Part shown: one piece after another, positions 17,543 through 31,831 of the stretch
Layout: every line of letters begins with the position of its first letter
Numbering within the stretch: position 1 is the first letter of the stretch
Source: a bacterium
GTDB lineage: Bacteria; AUK180
DNA: 64,000 nucleotides
Direction: 5' to 3'
Assembly (NCBI GenBank): GCA_023144005.1
Contig: JAGLGN010000006.1
Coordinates: forward strand, 80,799 to 144,798
Position numbers and translations under genes: made by a program
Notes under the pieces: model-generated
The model's input: the letters and a program-made list of their open reading frames with translations, nothing else
Told to the model about the DNA's origin: nothing
The model's database searches: none

Positions 17543-19585
17543 TTATAATATTTCGCCTGTGATACCTTTAGTGTTCTTTGAAATGATCTTAATATCAACG
17601 ATCTGCCCTACCTGATATCTTCCTTCACTATAAGCGGCAGCTCCGGGAATGAAAACATCTGAATGTGCGCCCGAATCGGTAAATACTCCGAATGAGGTAA
17701 TATTTTTTATACGCGCATTGATCTTTTTTCCCGGCAGAAGCTCTTTTTCGTTTTTTATTGCGGGAACAAATGCGATATATGCCCCGGTGACCCGGGGATC
17801 CCTGCCTGCATTTTTCAATTCCTCAAGGATGAAGGCACCCGTATCGAATTCTTCCGGGGATAGAAAATCCTTGAGTATATTAACCTCGACCTCGGCTAAT
17901 CCCTCCGGGAGCGATCTTTCAGATATCTTGAAATGCCCCAATATCTTCTTCAGAACAGGCAATTGTTCCTTGATTATCGCCGTTGAATCGATAATATCAT
18001 CCGCTTCAAATACCCGCAAAAATCCCTCGGCCTGTTCAAAGCTTTTCTCTCCGAATCCCTTCACCTTCATAACATCCCGCCTGGTCTTAAAACTGCCCTC
18101 GGTTTCTCTCTTTATAATAATATTCGACGCGATACGCGGTGAGATCCCGGAGATAAATGACAGGAGTTTTTCAGATGCGAAATTAAGATCGGCACCAACT
18201 TTATTTACCGTAAAATATACTGTTTCTGACAGTTTCTCGCTCAGGAGCTTCTTATTAATATCATGCTGATACTCACCCACTCCCAAGGATTCGGGGGTAA
18301 CCTTTACCAATTCGTTCAGAGGGTCTTGAAATCGGCGGCCGATAGAGATGGCCCCTCTGTATATAAGGTCAAGATCGGGAAATTCTTCTCTTGCTTCCTT
18401 TGAAGCCGAATAGATAGAAGCGCCATCCTCGGAGATGAGAAATACTTTCTTGTCAGTTTCCGCCAATATCCGGTACAACTCCTGCGAGCCAGTGCCGTTG
18501 CCGACCGCGATCACAAGTCCGGAAAATTGTTTTTGAAATCTCTCCACCACCAGCAGAGCATTACCATCGTTTGTTTTGCCGAATTCTACCAATGCACCCG
18601 TATCAGATAAGAGTACCCATTTATGTCCCGTCCGAATACCCGGGTCAAAAGCAAGTGTCCCGACTTTGCCATAGGGCTGTGTGAAGAGGAGCTCAGACAG
18701 ATTCCTGCGGTAAACTCCGATCGAGAATTCATCTGCTTTCTGCTTCAGATATTCTTTGGCTTCCGTTAAGAACTGTTTTATCAAGTGATCAGTAAATGCC
18801 TTGTGTGAAGCGGCGATGGTAAGCTCTGTCTCCCTGGGGAATAATCTGCGGTTGATATATCTCTGTGAGAATTCCTCATTCAGAGATAATTTAAGATTAA
18901 GAATGCCTTCCTTTTCACCGCGTAAAATAGCATGTATCTGATGCGGATAGATCTTTTTTACATGTCTGGAGAATTCAAAATACCGATCGTATTTATATCC
19001 GGCCTCCTTTTTGCCTCTTTTCACTGATACGATGAGGAAACCATAGCGGAATGTCTGATCTCTGAAATACTTTCTGACAGCGGTATCCAGGAATATCTTT
19101 TCCGCAAGTACGGCAATGATACCCTTTTTGAACTCAGCTTCACCCGCGATCTCTTTAAGCCCGGTCGCCCTTGAAAATTCCGGGATAACACCCTTTTGAG
19201 CCATATCCGCATAAGGCCCTATGCCTTTTGCGAGGTATCTCTTTGCCAGAGATGTTCTTTCAGGGCGATACTGTTCATAGAAATCTTCCAGCTCCTTCTG
19301 AGTGCTGATACCGTTAACACGCGAAGCCATCCGGGTATCCAGAAGCTCAAGCTCCTCCAATCTTCTTTTTACCGTTACTTTGCGGGCTTCGAGGTCCGAG
19401 TAATATTTTAATTTATCATAGACAAGTGAAATGCCGACCTCGTCCAGTCCCCCGGTGCTTTCTTTCCTATACCGCGCAATGAACGGAATGGTAGCTCCCG
19501 TTTCAATTAGCTTTCTTATATTTCTTACCGCATCTTCCGATGCAGAGGTTTGCTGCGCTATGATATTTGTGGGATCGATCATCAT
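17543..19585 (-). CDS. tex: Tex/YhgF-family RNA-binding transcription accessory protein
   Basis: GATIPFIARYRKE.TG.LDE, DPG.RTG.K, E.GASIYSAS..AREEFP, AISIGRR.QDPL.ELVK, GVG.YQHD; C-terminal S1 domain. Confidence 0.9.
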   Translation of the reverse strand: MMIDPTNIIAQQTSASEDAVRNIRKLIETGATIPFIARYRKESTGGLDEVGISLVYDKLKYYSDLEARKVTVKRRLEELELLDTRMASRVNGISTQKELEDFYEQYRPERTSLAKRYLAKGIGPYADMAQKGVIPEFSRATGLKEIAGEAEFKKGIIAVLAEKIFLDTAVRKYFRDQTFRYGFLIVSVKRGKKEAGYKYDRYFEFSRHVKKIYPHQIHAILRGEKEGILNLKLSLNEEFSQRYINRRLFPRETELTIAASHKAFTDHLIKQFLTEAKEYLKQKADEFSIGVYRRNLSELLFTQPYGKVGTLAFDPGIRTGHKWVLLSDTGALVEFGKTNDGNALLVVERFQKQFSGLVIAVGNGTGSQELYRILAETDKKVFLISEDGASIYSASKEAREEFPDLDLIYRGAISIGRRFQDPLNELVKVTPESLGVGEYQHDINKKLLSEKLSETVYFTVNKVGADLNFASEKLLSFISGISPRIASNIIIKRETEGSFKTRRDVMKVKGFGEKSFEQAEGFLRVFEADDIIDSTAIIKEQLPVLKKILGHFKISERSLPEGLAEVEVNILKDFLSPEEFDTGAFILEELKNAGRDPRVTGAYIAFVPAIKNEKELLPGKKINARIKNITSFGVFTDSGAHSDVFIPGAAAYSEGRYQVGQIVDIKIISKNTKGITGEIL

Positions 19586-20163
19586 CTGAGGTCCCGTGTA
19601 TCTCCTTGAATTCCCAGAAAGAAATCCTTTTTATTGTGATCATAATAGAGGAATCTCAATTCACCGTCCTGCTCCATCACGGGACCGGAAATAAGCAGAT
19701 TCCTTGAAAAAGAGTTATCCACTCTGAAGGGAGTAAAATCATACCATGATATCGGCACGGTCGAAATATGTCCCGAATCTTTCAATTCATCCCAAGTTGA
19801 GGGAAAGCGCTTATAGGAATAGATGTATTTTTCCACCTTTACCGCGGTCCGGTACAATACCTTCTTATCACGGTTGATAATCGCTTTATTATTTAAAAAG
19901 AATCGGAATGGAACCGGGAAAAAATACAGGATCAGCAAGAGAAGAACAAAATATTTTTTCATACGCAGCAGAATGATCAGCGTTATCGGAAGCAGAATAA
20001 AATAATTTACTATTACAATAAGCCGTAAGACGGAAAAATCCACTAGCGACCTTATCATGTTCAGAAGTATCGCATTGAATGTAAATATGGCCAAAGCAGA
20101 TATGTAATTACCGCTTTTTGAGTTCAGCCACTGTAATACCCGCATTATGCTGTTCTCCTTCAT
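19582..20163 (-). CDS. Hypothetical membrane protein (3 TM plus a pilin/GspG-like soluble tail); start uncertain
   Basis: Fills the gap between mutS2 and tex with an ATGA overlap at tex. Hydrophobic N-terminal half; VEKY....RFPSTWDELK.SG.IS.VP segment. Confidence 0.6.
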   Translation of the reverse strand: MKENSIMRVLQWLNSKSGNYISALAIFTFNAILLNMIRSLVDFSVLRLIVIVNYFILLPITLIILLRMKKYFVLLLLILYFFPVPFRFFLNNKAIINRDKKVLYRTAVKVEKYIYSYKRFPSTWDELKDSGHISTVPISWYDFTPFRVDNSFSRNLLISGPVMEQDGELRFLYYDHNKKDFFLGIQGDTRDLR

Positions 20164-22414
20164 AACTATCGTTATAATTATCTACCAGAGGATGAGTTGA
20201 CAGATACGCCCTTATCCCTTCCTTTAATTTACCGGTACCTTTTCCGTGCAGTATATAAACATTCGCAAAGCCCGCTACATACGCTTCATTCAGCACCGCT
20301 TCGACATCGGGAAGTGCTTCCTCCACCCGCATGCCTCGAATATCGATCTTATCCCTTGTTTTGATATTGGTCACGGCAAACGGTTCGGTTTTTTCCTCAT
20401 TACCGCCTTCTGTCAACGAGACGATCATTGACCTTTCTACCTCAAGAACAAGATCACCCACCATCAGCTTCGCCAAGTCGCCGGCTGTTTCTATTATCTC
20501 ATAATAATCTGAGGAATTGGCTATCCTGGCTAAATTGCCCTTTGCGAAAAGGTCCGTCGGAACATCCCCCTTCTTCTCACCCGGGTCCAGTGCCTGAAGC
20601 TGCTCTTCTTTATTGATGAATATCTTTTCAAAAAGGACTTTTTTCTCTTTTTTCAAGGGCGCTATTTCCTTTTTCAATTCCTCATAATCCCTTTTCAATT
20701 CTTCGAATTTCCCAAGAAATTCATTTTTATAATTCTTTTCCACATCAGAAAGTCTCTTTTTGAGTTCTCTGTCACGCCCTTCCAATTGTGTTGCTTTCTC
20801 GTTGAGATCATTCTCCATCGTGATATTCTCTTTGATCAGACGGTCAAGCTCGCCTTTGCTCTCCAGATAATTCGTATATTCATTACCCAAAAATCCCTTG
20901 ACCTTTAGCAAGAATTCGGGGGATAATTTGAGGCGGGCACCGATCTCCAGGGCATAGCTCTCTCCCGACAGTCCGTATTTTACCAAATATGTAGGTGCCA
21001 TTTTTCCCACATCAAAGATCATTGAGGCCAGCATCGTCTCCTTCTTGGAAGAAATATATTCCTTCACTACACCGGAATGCGTCGTTAAAAGAGAATCGCC
21101 CGCTTTCTCAAGAAGAAAATCGACCAGTGACATGGCAAAACAATCCGCCATTCTGGGTTCTGTACCTGTACCGGGTTCATCGAATATGGCAAGATCTCCT
21201 TTATCAAATGTATTCAGCGCATCACGCAGCTTGATCAAGTGAGCAGAGAAGGTGGACAGTGAATCCGATATATTCTGCCTATCCCCGATATCAATAAAGA
21301 TCCTGGGGTAATACGGGATCGCGGACCCCCAGTCACTTGGAAGAGGAAGCCCCATTTTTCTCAAAAGGGCGCATATCGCCACTGTTTTCAATGTGATGGT
21401 CTTGCCCCCTGTATTCGGCCCGGAGATCAGAAGCATTTTAAAATCCTTCATATCCAGATCGAAGTCCACCGGTTCATGGCCTGTATTCTCCTCGTATCTC
21501 CACTGCAGTACGGGGTGACGGGCACCTATCAATTTCATCTTGTCGGATGATGAGGGAATAGAAAATTTATATGCCTTCAAGAATTTGGCGGAGGCGATAA
21601 AATACTCCGCTCTTTTATGCAAGGCGCAATTGTTCAGAAATATTTCCCTGTCATCATTGATCAGAGAGGTCAATTCGGTTAAAAGCCGTATCTCCTCACG
21701 GCGAAGCTCCTCATATGTCTCGGTAAGGCTGTTGTTAGCATAAACGATCTCCATCGGTTCAATATAGGTGGTCTGGCCGGTAGAGGAAATGGAATGAATG
21801 ATGCCGGGCACCTTATTCTTGAAATTAGACCTGATCGGAAGAACAAAACGGCCGTCCTTCAGGGTAAAAAAGTCCTCCTGAAGATACTTCTGCTTTCTGT
21901 ATTTTCTCAGCAGATCATCGATCTTTCGCCTCATCGAGGCCTGAAGAGAATCACGCTTCTTGTGAAGATCACTTAACAACGAGCTGGCATTTCTTTTGAT
22001 GCTGCCCTCAAGGTCGATAATACGGGAGACGGCATTGAGAAATTTCCTGTTGACCACAATGGGAAATTCATTCTCGAGGCCCGCCTGTTTCACAAATGCT
22101 AAAAGGATGGAACTTTTTGCCTCCACATTGTATATGTGAATGATCTTTTCCAGATCAAGATGATAGCCCTTGATATCAATATTTGAGAAATACTCCTCAT
22201 ATTCAGCGGGAATATACAGATCCGGCAGATCGGGGATATCGATGAACTTGCCTATGATGCGGTAACTTGTATCGGATGCCGGTTCTGAAAGAAAGTCAGC
22301 GTTTTTGATCTGAGCGGCTACATCGGGACTTGTGGTAAAACCCGAAAGGCGAGTAAGATATGCCCCTAATTCCACTTCATTAAAATAATCAGCGGCCATT
22401 GCAGCTCTTTCCAT
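20108..22414 (-). CDS. mutS2: MutS2 with C-terminal Smr domain
   Basis: GRFVLPI...GIIH..S.TGQT.YIEP; Walker A GPNTGGKT; DIGD.Q.I..SLSTFSAH; DEPGTGT; Smr IDIRG.RVEEA...HGKGTG. Start is 22429, 22414 or 22399. Confidence 0.92.
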   Translation of the reverse strand: MERAAMAADYFNEVELGAYLTRLSGFTTSPDVAAQIKNADFLSEPASDTSYRIIGKFIDIPDLPDLYIPAEYEEYFSNIDIKGYHLDLEKIIHIYNVEAKSSILLAFVKQAGLENEFPIVVNRKFLNAVSRIIDLEGSIKRNASSLLSDLHKKRDSLQASMRRKIDDLLRKYRKQKYLQEDFFTLKDGRFVLPIRSNFKNKVPGIIHSISSTGQTTYIEPMEIVYANNSLTETYEELRREEIRLLTELTSLINDDREIFLNNCALHKRAEYFIASAKFLKAYKFSIPSSSDKMKLIGARHPVLQWRYEENTGHEPVDFDLDMKDFKMLLISGPNTGGKTITLKTVAICALLRKMGLPLPSDWGSAIPYYPRIFIDIGDRQNISDSLSTFSAHLIKLRDALNTFDKGDLAIFDEPGTGTEPRMADCFAMSLVDFLLEKAGDSLLTTHSGVVKEYISSKKETMLASMIFDVGKMAPTYLVKYGLSGESYALEIGARLKLSPEFLLKVKGFLGNEYTNYLESKGELDRLIKENITMENDLNEKATQLEGRDRELKKRLSDVEKNYKNEFLGKFEELKRDYEELKKEIAPLKKEKKVLFEKIFINKEEQLQALDPGEKKGDVPTDLFAKGNLARIANSSDYYEIIETAGDLAKLMVGDLVLEVERSMIVSLTEGGNEEKTEPFAVTNIKTRDKIDIRGMRVEEALPDVEAVLNEAYVAGFANVYILHGKGTGKLKEGIRAYLSTHPLVDNYNDSYEGEQHNAGITVAELKKR

Positions 22415-22415
22415 A

Positions 22416-23177
22416 TTATTTACTGTCAATAAATTCCAATTTACCCTTTATGATATCCGGCTTATACCCGGCATCAAATAAGACCTGAAAATAGGGCCGG
22501 GCGGTTTTATACTTCTTACGGCTATAATAGAGGTCAGCCATCATAAATAGGCCATCGTTTCGGAACTCCTTGATCTCTGAGGCTTTCTCATAATATTTGA
22601 TCGCATCCTTCCAATGATCTCTTAATGTGGCAAGGTTGCCGAGCATCAGATAGATCTGCCCTTTTTCGGGGGAAGTAAAATTGAAGCGCTTCAGATAATC
22701 CCGGAATTCCTTTTCCGCATCGGAGTACAGCTTCGCCTCCAGATAGCAGGTATAAATAGAATCCATGATCTTGATCAGGTCGTATTCCACCTCGGAATAC
22801 CGGAAAAGCATCCTATATTCGTAGATGGCACGCTCATAATTCTTGAACTCTTCCCTGTAAATATCAGCAATATACCTTTGAGCCCTATAAGAATATTCAC
22901 CCTTCTCTCTGGAGAGGGCAGTGACTTTTGTAAATTCGATAACCGCAAGTTCGTATCTCTTAAGGTCCACATAATAGATGCTTCCGATATTGAATTGTGC
23001 CGGAATAGCATGCTTGGACCTGCGGCTCTTGAATACTATGGTCTGAAACTTTGAGATGGCGGCTTCAAATTTCTGTTTCTTCCATAATTTATATCCCTCG
23101 ATATACGCGGCACGGTCAGAGGCACATGAGGACAGAAAAAGCACAATAAGGAGAAGGGGTATTGCTTTATTCTTCAT
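22416..23177 (-). CDS. TPR-repeat lipoprotein (BamD/CpoB-like)
   Basis: Lipobox FLSSC; repeated A...G..Y....Y..A...F TPR pattern. Confidence 0.75.
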   Translation of the reverse strand: MKNKAIPLLLIVLFLSSCASDRAAYIEGYKLWKKQKFEAAISKFQTIVFKSRRSKHAIPAQFNIGSIYYVDLKRYELAVIEFTKVTALSREKGEYSYRAQRYIADIYREEFKNYERAIYEYRMLFRYSEVEYDLIKIMDSIYTCYLEAKLYSDAEKEFRDYLKRFNFTSPEKGQIYLMLGNLATLRDHWKDAIKYYEKASEIKEFRNDGLFMMADLYYSRKKYKTARPYFQVLFDAGYKPDIIKGKLEFIDSK

Positions 23178-25602
23178 CCCCCAGATCCTCTTCCGAATAG
23201 CTTTTCTCTATGGAAACGATGCCGTCCTTGGCGGAAACATCCATTACCTTCACGCCTTGCGTATTCCTGCCAATATGGCGGAGCTCCGACATCAGCACCT
23301 TGATCAGTATGCCTTCTTTGGAGATCAGTGTGATCTCGTCATCATCCGAAACCTGTTTGACACCCACGACATATCCGCTGCGTTCGGTAACCTTGATATT
23401 TATAATACCCTTGCCTGCACGCGCCTGGGTCCTGTACTCGGAAACATCCGTACGCTTGCCGATACCTTTTTCTGTGATGGTAAATATAGAATAATCGCTT
23501 TGAAGTATCTCTGATGTTACCACGAAATCTCCCAGAGAAAGATTTATTCCCCTGACCCCGCGGGTGTTCCTGCCCATAGGCCTCACATCTTTTTCTCCGA
23601 ATGTTATTGACTTTCCTCCCTTTGTCGCAAGGAAAACATTATCTTTGCCCGATGTCAGGCCGGCAAATATCAGGTCATCGTCATCATCCAGATTAATGGC
23701 AATGATACCGGTGGAACGCGGATTTGAGAATAGTGAGAGATTGGTCTTCTTGACCGTTCCCAATCTCGTCGCCATAAATACATTCCTCTGATCATCGAAC
23801 TCATCCACGACAACTATGGAACGGATCTTCTCTTGCTGTGTCAAAGGAAGAAGATTTACGATCGCCCTTCCCTTGGCCTGCTTCGAGCCCTCTGGGATCT
23901 GATACCCCTTCATCCAGTAACACTTTCCCGCTGATGTGAATATGAGCAAATATGAGTGCGTACTTGCCTGATACATCTGCTCAACGAAATCGTCATCCTT
24001 TGTCTTGATACCGCGCGATCCTTTTCCGCCTCTATGCTGTGTCCGAATAAGATTCGAGGCCATGCGCTTCACATAGCCGCTATGGCTCAATAGAATAACA
24101 ATGTCTTCTCTTGGTATCAGGTCTTCAGCGGAGATGTCTTCTTCATCATCTATGATCAAAGTCCTTCTTTCGTCATTAAAGGTTTCACGAAGGTCAAGCA
24201 ATTCCTTTTTAAGTATTCTCTCGATCTCTCTCGGATTTGCCAGAATGCTTTCATAATTTTCTATTTCCGTATATTTTTGTTTTAATTCATTCTCTATTTT
24301 ATTTCTCTCCAGTCCCGTAAGCTGATGAAGCCTCATGTCGAGGATGGCCTGAGCCTGAAGTGTAGTCAATTTGAATTTCGATTTCAGCTCTTCTCTTGCC
24401 TCTTCTGTGCTGGCGGATTTTCTGATGATCGCGATTATCAGGTCAATATTGTCAAGAGCTATCTTCAGGCCCTCAAGTATGTGAGCCCTTCTTTTGGATT
24501 TACTCAGGAGGTATTCCGTCCTTCTTCTTACAACACCCTTACGATGAACAATATGGCAATCCAGCACCTGCGGCAATGTGAAGACCACCGGTTTGCCTTT
24601 ATCTATGGCAAGCATAATCGCGCCGAATGTTATCTTCATCTGAGTGTGTTTAAAGAGTTGATTAAGAACAACCCGGGGAATGGAATCTTTCTTCAATTCT
24701 ATGACTACCCTGATGCCTTTTTTATTGGATTCATCACGGATATCATGTATCCCTTCAATGGTGCCTTTATCCGCCAGAGCTGCAATAGCTCCGATCATAT
24801 TGGCCTTATTCACCTGATACGGGATCTCTGAAACTATAATGACGGAACGGCCGGTCTTATCTTCTTCGATATTCGCCTTGGCCTGGAGTTTGATCTTTCC
24901 GCGGCCGGTCTTATACATATCCAGCAATCCCTGTCTGCCCATGAGAAAAGCACTTGTGGGAAAATCCGGGCCTTTGATAAATGCCATCAGATCTTCCGCC
25001 GTGGCCTCTGTATTGTCGATCTTGTGGATCAGAGCATCGATCACCTCTCCCAGATTGTGCGGGGGAACATTTGTCGCCATGCCGACCGCGATACCGGAAG
25101 AGCCGTTTACCAGAAGATTGGGGAGTAATGAAGGGAGGACAACGGGCTCCTGAGTGGTTTCATCGAAGGTAGGTGCGAAATCAACCGTGTCCTTATCGAT
25201 ATCCTCAAGCATCGTCATCGCTATTTTCTGCAATTTGACCTCGGTATAACGATATGCGGCTGCCGGATCACCGTCGATCGAACCGAAATTACCCTGCCCG
25301 TGAACCATCGGATAACGCAATGAGAAGTCCTGCGCAAGGCGGACGATCGTATCATACACCGCCTGATCGCCGTGGGGGTGGTACTTTTTGATGACCTCAC
25401 CGACCACACCGGCGGATTTGATGAATCGTTTATTTGGAAGAATACCTTCCTTGAGCATAGCATAAAGGATACGCCTGTGAACCGGCTTCAAACCGTCTCG
25501 GATATCCGGAAGGGCTCTGCCTATGATAACACTCATGGCATAATCTATATATGAGGCTTCAACCTCTGTTTTGATATTTACATTTCTAATATTTTCAACC
25601 AT
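23167..25602 (-). CDS. gyrA: DNA gyrase subunit A
   Basis: [22 protein letters not shown], catalytic RYTE, GyrA-box QHRGGKG, C-terminal beta-pinwheel repeats. Confidence 0.97.
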   Translation of the reverse strand: MVENIRNVNIKTEVEASYIDYAMSVIIGRALPDIRDGLKPVHRRILYAMLKEGILPNKRFIKSAGVVGEVIKKYHPHGDQAVYDTIVRLAQDFSLRYPMVHGQGNFGSIDGDPAAAYRYTEVKLQKIAMTMLEDIDKDTVDFAPTFDETTQEPVVLPSLLPNLLVNGSSGIAVGMATNVPPHNLGEVIDALIHKIDNTEATAEDLMAFIKGPDFPTSAFLMGRQGLLDMYKTGRGKIKLQAKANIEEDKTGRSVIIVSEIPYQVNKANMIGAIAALADKGTIEGIHDIRDESNKKGIRVVIELKKDSIPRVVLNQLFKHTQMKITFGAIMLAIDKGKPVVFTLPQVLDCHIVHRKGVVRRRTEYLLSKSKRRAHILEGLKIALDNIDLIIAIIRKSASTEEAREELKSKFKLTTLQAQAILDMRLHQLTGLERNKIENELKQKYTEIENYESILANPREIERILKKELLDLRETFNDERRTLIIDDEEDISAEDLIPREDIVILLSHSGYVKRMASNLIRTQHRGGKGSRGIKTKDDDFVEQMYQASTHSYLLIFTSAGKCYWMKGYQIPEGSKQAKGRAIVNLLPLTQQEKIRSIVVVDEFDDQRNVFMATRLGTVKKTNLSLFSNPRSTGIIAINLDDDDDLIFAGLTSGKDNVFLATKGGKSITFGEKDVRPMGRNTRGVRGINLSLGDFVVTSEILQSDYSIFTITEKGIGKRTDVSEYRTQARAGKGIINIKVTERSGYVVGVKQVSDDDEITLISKEGILIKVLMSELRHIGRNTQGVKVMDVSAKDGIVSIEKSYSEEDLGDEE

Positions 25603-25613
25603 TTTCAGCTCCG

Positions 25614-28392
<2,779 letters not shown>

Positions 28393-28396
<4 letters not shown>

Positions 28397-29523
28397 TCTA
28401 TGGGACGGATCGGCATGATGATAGTGAAATATTCGTTACTGTCCAGCGGTTTCGTAAGTACCGGCGCGCGCTGATCGATAAAGTTAAATTCTATCTTTTC
28501 CTCATCAAGATTCATAAGAACTTCCTTCAAGTAATTGATATTGAAAATGATCTTTATGGATTCCTTGTTATCTTCGAGCTCTACCGCCTGCTGCGCCTCG
28601 CCGACCTCCGTAAGGTCGGTATTGACCATCAGTACATCTTTCTCAAAACTCAGATTAACATTATAACTCTTCTTCTCGGCAAGCACGGAAACGAATCGGA
28701 TGGCCTTCAATACGGCAATCCTGTCCAATACGATCGTCTTCATTGAGGATGTATCTGGGATTATTGACTCATAATCGGGATATGTGCCGACGATCAATTT
28801 ACCCACGATCTCTGTATTCTCGTAATTGAACGCTATCTTGCCGTCGCCTTCAGGGAGGACCACAGAAACAGGGACATCGGTCTGAGGAAGTGAACTCACA
28901 AGGAAACTCAGTAATTTTTCCGGAACGATAAGCTTCAGGTTCTGCGCCGGAGGTTTCTGAAATTCAACCTTACTCTTATTTACTACAAGACGATGGGTAT
29001 CCGTGGACACCATATTAAAGAGGCTATCATCTGTGGAGATCTCCCATAATGCCCCCATGAGAACCATATTTGAGGTATCTCTTGAAACGGCATATGCGGT
29101 CTTTCTGATATTTTCTTTAAGAAGTTGGGCGGATATTATAAAAGAGTCCTTTTCTTCGAATTTCGGGAAAACCGGATATTCGTCCTCCGAAAGGCAGGCA
29201 AATGTTACCTTTTTAAGGCCGGCATTAACCTTTAAACTCTCAGAACCCGTTTGTTCGACCTCAAGCTCCTCTTCATCAAAATCCTTCAATGCGGCATTAA
29301 GGAATTTCCCGGGTATACCGATCGCGCCTTCCTCGACAACATCCGCTTCTACTCTTTTTTTCAGATTTATCTCGTAATCAGTGGCCTGCAGAATCAAGCC
29401 GTCGCTCTTAGATGCTTTGATCAAAATGAATGAAATCGCCCTGTATGTGGTAGCCGGAACTATGATGGTATTCAGCTCCGCGACCGCGTTCCTCAAATCA
29501 TCTGTTTTCACCTTGAATTTCAT
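28393..29523 (-). CDS. dnaN: DNA polymerase III beta sliding clamp
   Basis: ATDYEI, EYP.FP, VSTDTHRL, G.YPDY..IIP, FN..YL.E.L, C-terminal IIMPIR; 376 aa. Confidence 0.95.
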
Positions 29524-29542
29524 ATATTCCTCCGTATCTTAT

Positions 29543-29571
29543 ATTATACCAAATCTGTCGTGTTTTTCCAA
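29543..29571 (-). promoter_or_regulatory. sigma70 promoter for the dnaN-led operon
   Basis: Minus strand TTGGAA-17 nt-TATAAT with a TG extension; GGAGG SD before ATG 29523. Confidence 0.6.
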
Positions 29572-29642
29572 ATTATCTGAGCATATTTTATATCCAATAT
29601 ATCATGAGTTAAGCAGTGGTTTTTATTTTTTTTCTACTTGCT

Positions 29643-30029
29643 CTATTTTTCCCTTTCTTTTCTGCCTAAAACGGGGAGAAATGGCAAGTATAGCGAACCA
29701 AGGATGAGTGCATTGAAAACCACCCACAGGGACTCCGGAGAACGGCCGGATGCGGCTGTAATAATACATATAATAGGGAGCAATAAGAGGATGATGCTAT
29801 TAATCGCAATTAAACCGAGAAAATAGCTTATCAGAGGGACGGCAAAAAGTGCCAGAAGGAAAAGAAAAAATTGACCGCCTGAAATGATCAGAAGGATGAA
29901 AAAAAGGCCGCTGAGTATTATCAGAAACGGCAGAGTTCTGGCCTTCCTCTCGGTAATTATGCACGCCATAGTAGAATATGGGATGATCAACAGCCAATGG
30001 CCGAGCAATCTCTGCTTGAATTTCTCCAT
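29643..30029 (-). CDS. Hypothetical small integral membrane protein (~128 aa)
   Basis: About four hydrophobic segments. The preferred ATG at 30029 lies 5 nt after TGcTACAAT; the longer 30176 start runs through REP-like repeats. Confidence 0.65.
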   Translation of the reverse strand: MEKFKQRLLGHWLLIIPYSTMACIITERKARTLPFLIILSGLFFILLIISGGQFFLFLLALFAVPLISYFLGLIAINSIILLLLPIICIITAASGRSPESLWVVFNALILGSLYLPFLPVLGRKEREK

Positions 30030-30116
30030 GGGATATTGTAGCATTTCAGGCAACATAATAAAAGCGAGGCATGAATGCTTCGCAGTGACCCAGTGGCCCA
30101 GTGGAACATGGAAATG

Positions 30117-30321
30117 GGTGATAGGATGATAAGGTGATAGGTTTGTAGGTATGAGAAGTATGGATCCTTCGCACAAGGCTCAGGATGACAGAGGACACGG
30201 CATGCAGCGTTCCTACACCAATCTATTTTCTTTTGTTCCCTTCCCCACTGTTCACTATTCACTTCGCTGTAGGCCTCGCACTACGGCGAGCCCTAAGGGG
30301 CAGGTATTGCACCTGCCCCTA
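30117..30321. repeat. Cluster of REP-like palindromes and short tandem repeats
   Basis: GGTGATAG-type 8-mers; GGATCCTTCG..GCTCAGGATGAC (30162-30189); GGACACGGCATGC..CCTAC (30193-30216, homologous to 51187-51210); TCACTAT-type 7-mers; AGGGGCAGGT-attgc-ACCTGCCCCT (30296-30320). Confidence 0.7.
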
Positions 30322-30347
30322 TTTATATGAAAACGGGTGATTGGGGG

Positions 30348-31220
30348 TTATTTGTCGAAATGGGGAACATATCCGTATGACGGCCTTCCGATGGACATCT
30401 CGGATACGGGTTCCTGATAAGCGGTTATATGTCTGGCAGCTCTCACATCCAGGGTGTGGCCGCCTTTATACACCACCATCTTGCCTATAAAGGGCTTACC
30501 GATAAGGTATATGTCGCCTATAAGGTCTAAAACCTTGTGTTTGAGCCATTCATTCTCGATCCTGAGCTCGCCGTTCACAATGCCGTTGTCATCCAGAACG
30601 ATGGCATTATCGAAACTGCCGCCCTTGATAAGGCCTTTGCTCTTCAATTCGTTCACGACGCTCAAGAAAGTAAAGGTTCTGGAGAATCCGATCACCGACC
30701 TGAATGTATCGGGAGTAATGGTAAAACTTTCCGTTATCTTGTCAAGAAGCGGATGATTGAATGAGATCGTATATTTAACTTCAAATCTGTCCGAAGGCAG
30801 AAAGAGTATGTATTTGTCGCCCATACTTACCTGTACCGGCTCTTTAACCTTAAAATACTCGCGCTCACTATCGATCGGGACTGTCCCGACAGATTCGATC
30901 ATCTCAAAGAATACACGGGAGCTTCCGTCGAATACGGGAATCTCGGGGCCATCAACCTCAATATACAGACTGTCTACGCCCATTGCGTGTAGCGCGGCGA
31001 GCAGATGCTCGACGGTAGAGATGCTGGCATTACCGGAAGACAATGTAACGGCAAAGTTAGTTGAGGAAACATTCGAAAAATGTGCATCAATGGGAGTGCT
31101 GTTTCTTAGAAATGTGATCTTCCCGTGATCGGAAGGAATGAACCGCAATCCTGTCTTTCTGCCGGAGTGCAGGCCGATGCCGTTTAAGGAAAATTCTTTT
31201 CTAAGAGTTCTCTTTTTCAC
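30348..31220 (-). CDS. lpxC: UDP-3-O-acyl-N-acetylglucosamine deacetylase
   Basis: GIGLHSG, STVEHLLAAL, EIPVFDGS, SRTF, HKVLDLIGD, GGH. Confidence 0.96.
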   Translation of the reverse strand: MKKRTLRKEFSLNGIGLHSGRKTGLRFIPSDHGKITFLRNSTPIDAHFSNVSSTNFAVTLSSGNASISTVEHLLAALHAMGVDSLYIEVDGPEIPVFDGSSRVFFEMIESVGTVPIDSEREYFKVKEPVQVSMGDKYILFLPSDRFEVKYTISFNHPLLDKITESFTITPDTFRSVIGFSRTFTFLSVVNELKSKGLIKGGSFDNAIVLDDNGIVNGELRIENEWLKHKVLDLIGDIYLIGKPFIGKMVVYKGGHTLDVRAARHITAYQEPVSEMSIGRPSYGYVPHFDK

Positions 31221-31232
31221 GCCACTTTATAT

Positions 31233-31266
31233 TACAAGCGGCGTGCCATGTGATAATATCTTGATA
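31233..31266 (-). promoter_or_regulatory. Putative sigma54 (-24/-12) promoter with an adjacent IHF site
   Basis: Minus strand TGGCACG-ccgc-TTGTA (31248-31233; one mismatch at -12), preceded by TATCAAgataTTA (31266-31254), which matches WATCAANNNNTTR. Confidence 0.55.
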
Positions 31267-31395
31267 TATTGGGCAAACCTGATTGTCTTTGGGAATATTA
31301 TCCGGTAAATAGTACCTGCTCGGGGTTAGCGCGAGGTAAAATTCACCCCAGAATACTGGGTGTGATGGGAAGAGGGGAGCACAAGTATTCACGTG

Positions 31396-31800
31396 TGAAG
31401 TGTGAAGTTTAAAGTGGGAACCAGGATGAAATAAAACTGGATCCCACGGTCGCCAACTCCCTCTGGATGACACTTTCCACTTCTCTATTTTCCTTCCCGC
31501 AGCCGCTCAACGGGAGCCCGGCAGCGCCGGGCGACCAACCCAAAAGAGTTTTGAACCATTTAAGCGACATTGACATTTTTAACGGCAAGAATGAATGGTG
31601 GCGAAGCCGAAAAATATCCAATTGTCTGAGTGAGCGAAAGCTAACGAGTTTTGGGATTTTAATGAGTGATAGCCGTGGTGGGTGTCGTTGCAAAAAATGA
31701 CATGAGAGCAAAGATGGGTCAAAACTCCATAAAATAATCTTTATTCAATTGTCAATTTTACATTGACAATTCAAAGATGAGATTCCCTTCGGGCTGAAGC
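31396..31800. repeat. Dispersed ~400-bp structured repeat family B, copy 2
   Basis: Direct repeat of 15787-16188 with scattered substitutions and small indels. Confidence 0.92.
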
Positions 31801-31831
31801 TCTTTTTCCGTCTTTATAAATCAGAACACTT

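Noticed and set aside
29524-30347. oriC upstream of dnaN
   Set aside because: No cluster of TTATCCACA-like boxes, no dnaA, and no change in gene orientation.
31409-31711. ORFs inside repeat B copy 2 (possible mini-transposase)
   Set aside because: No transposase motifs, and indels in copy 1 break the frames.
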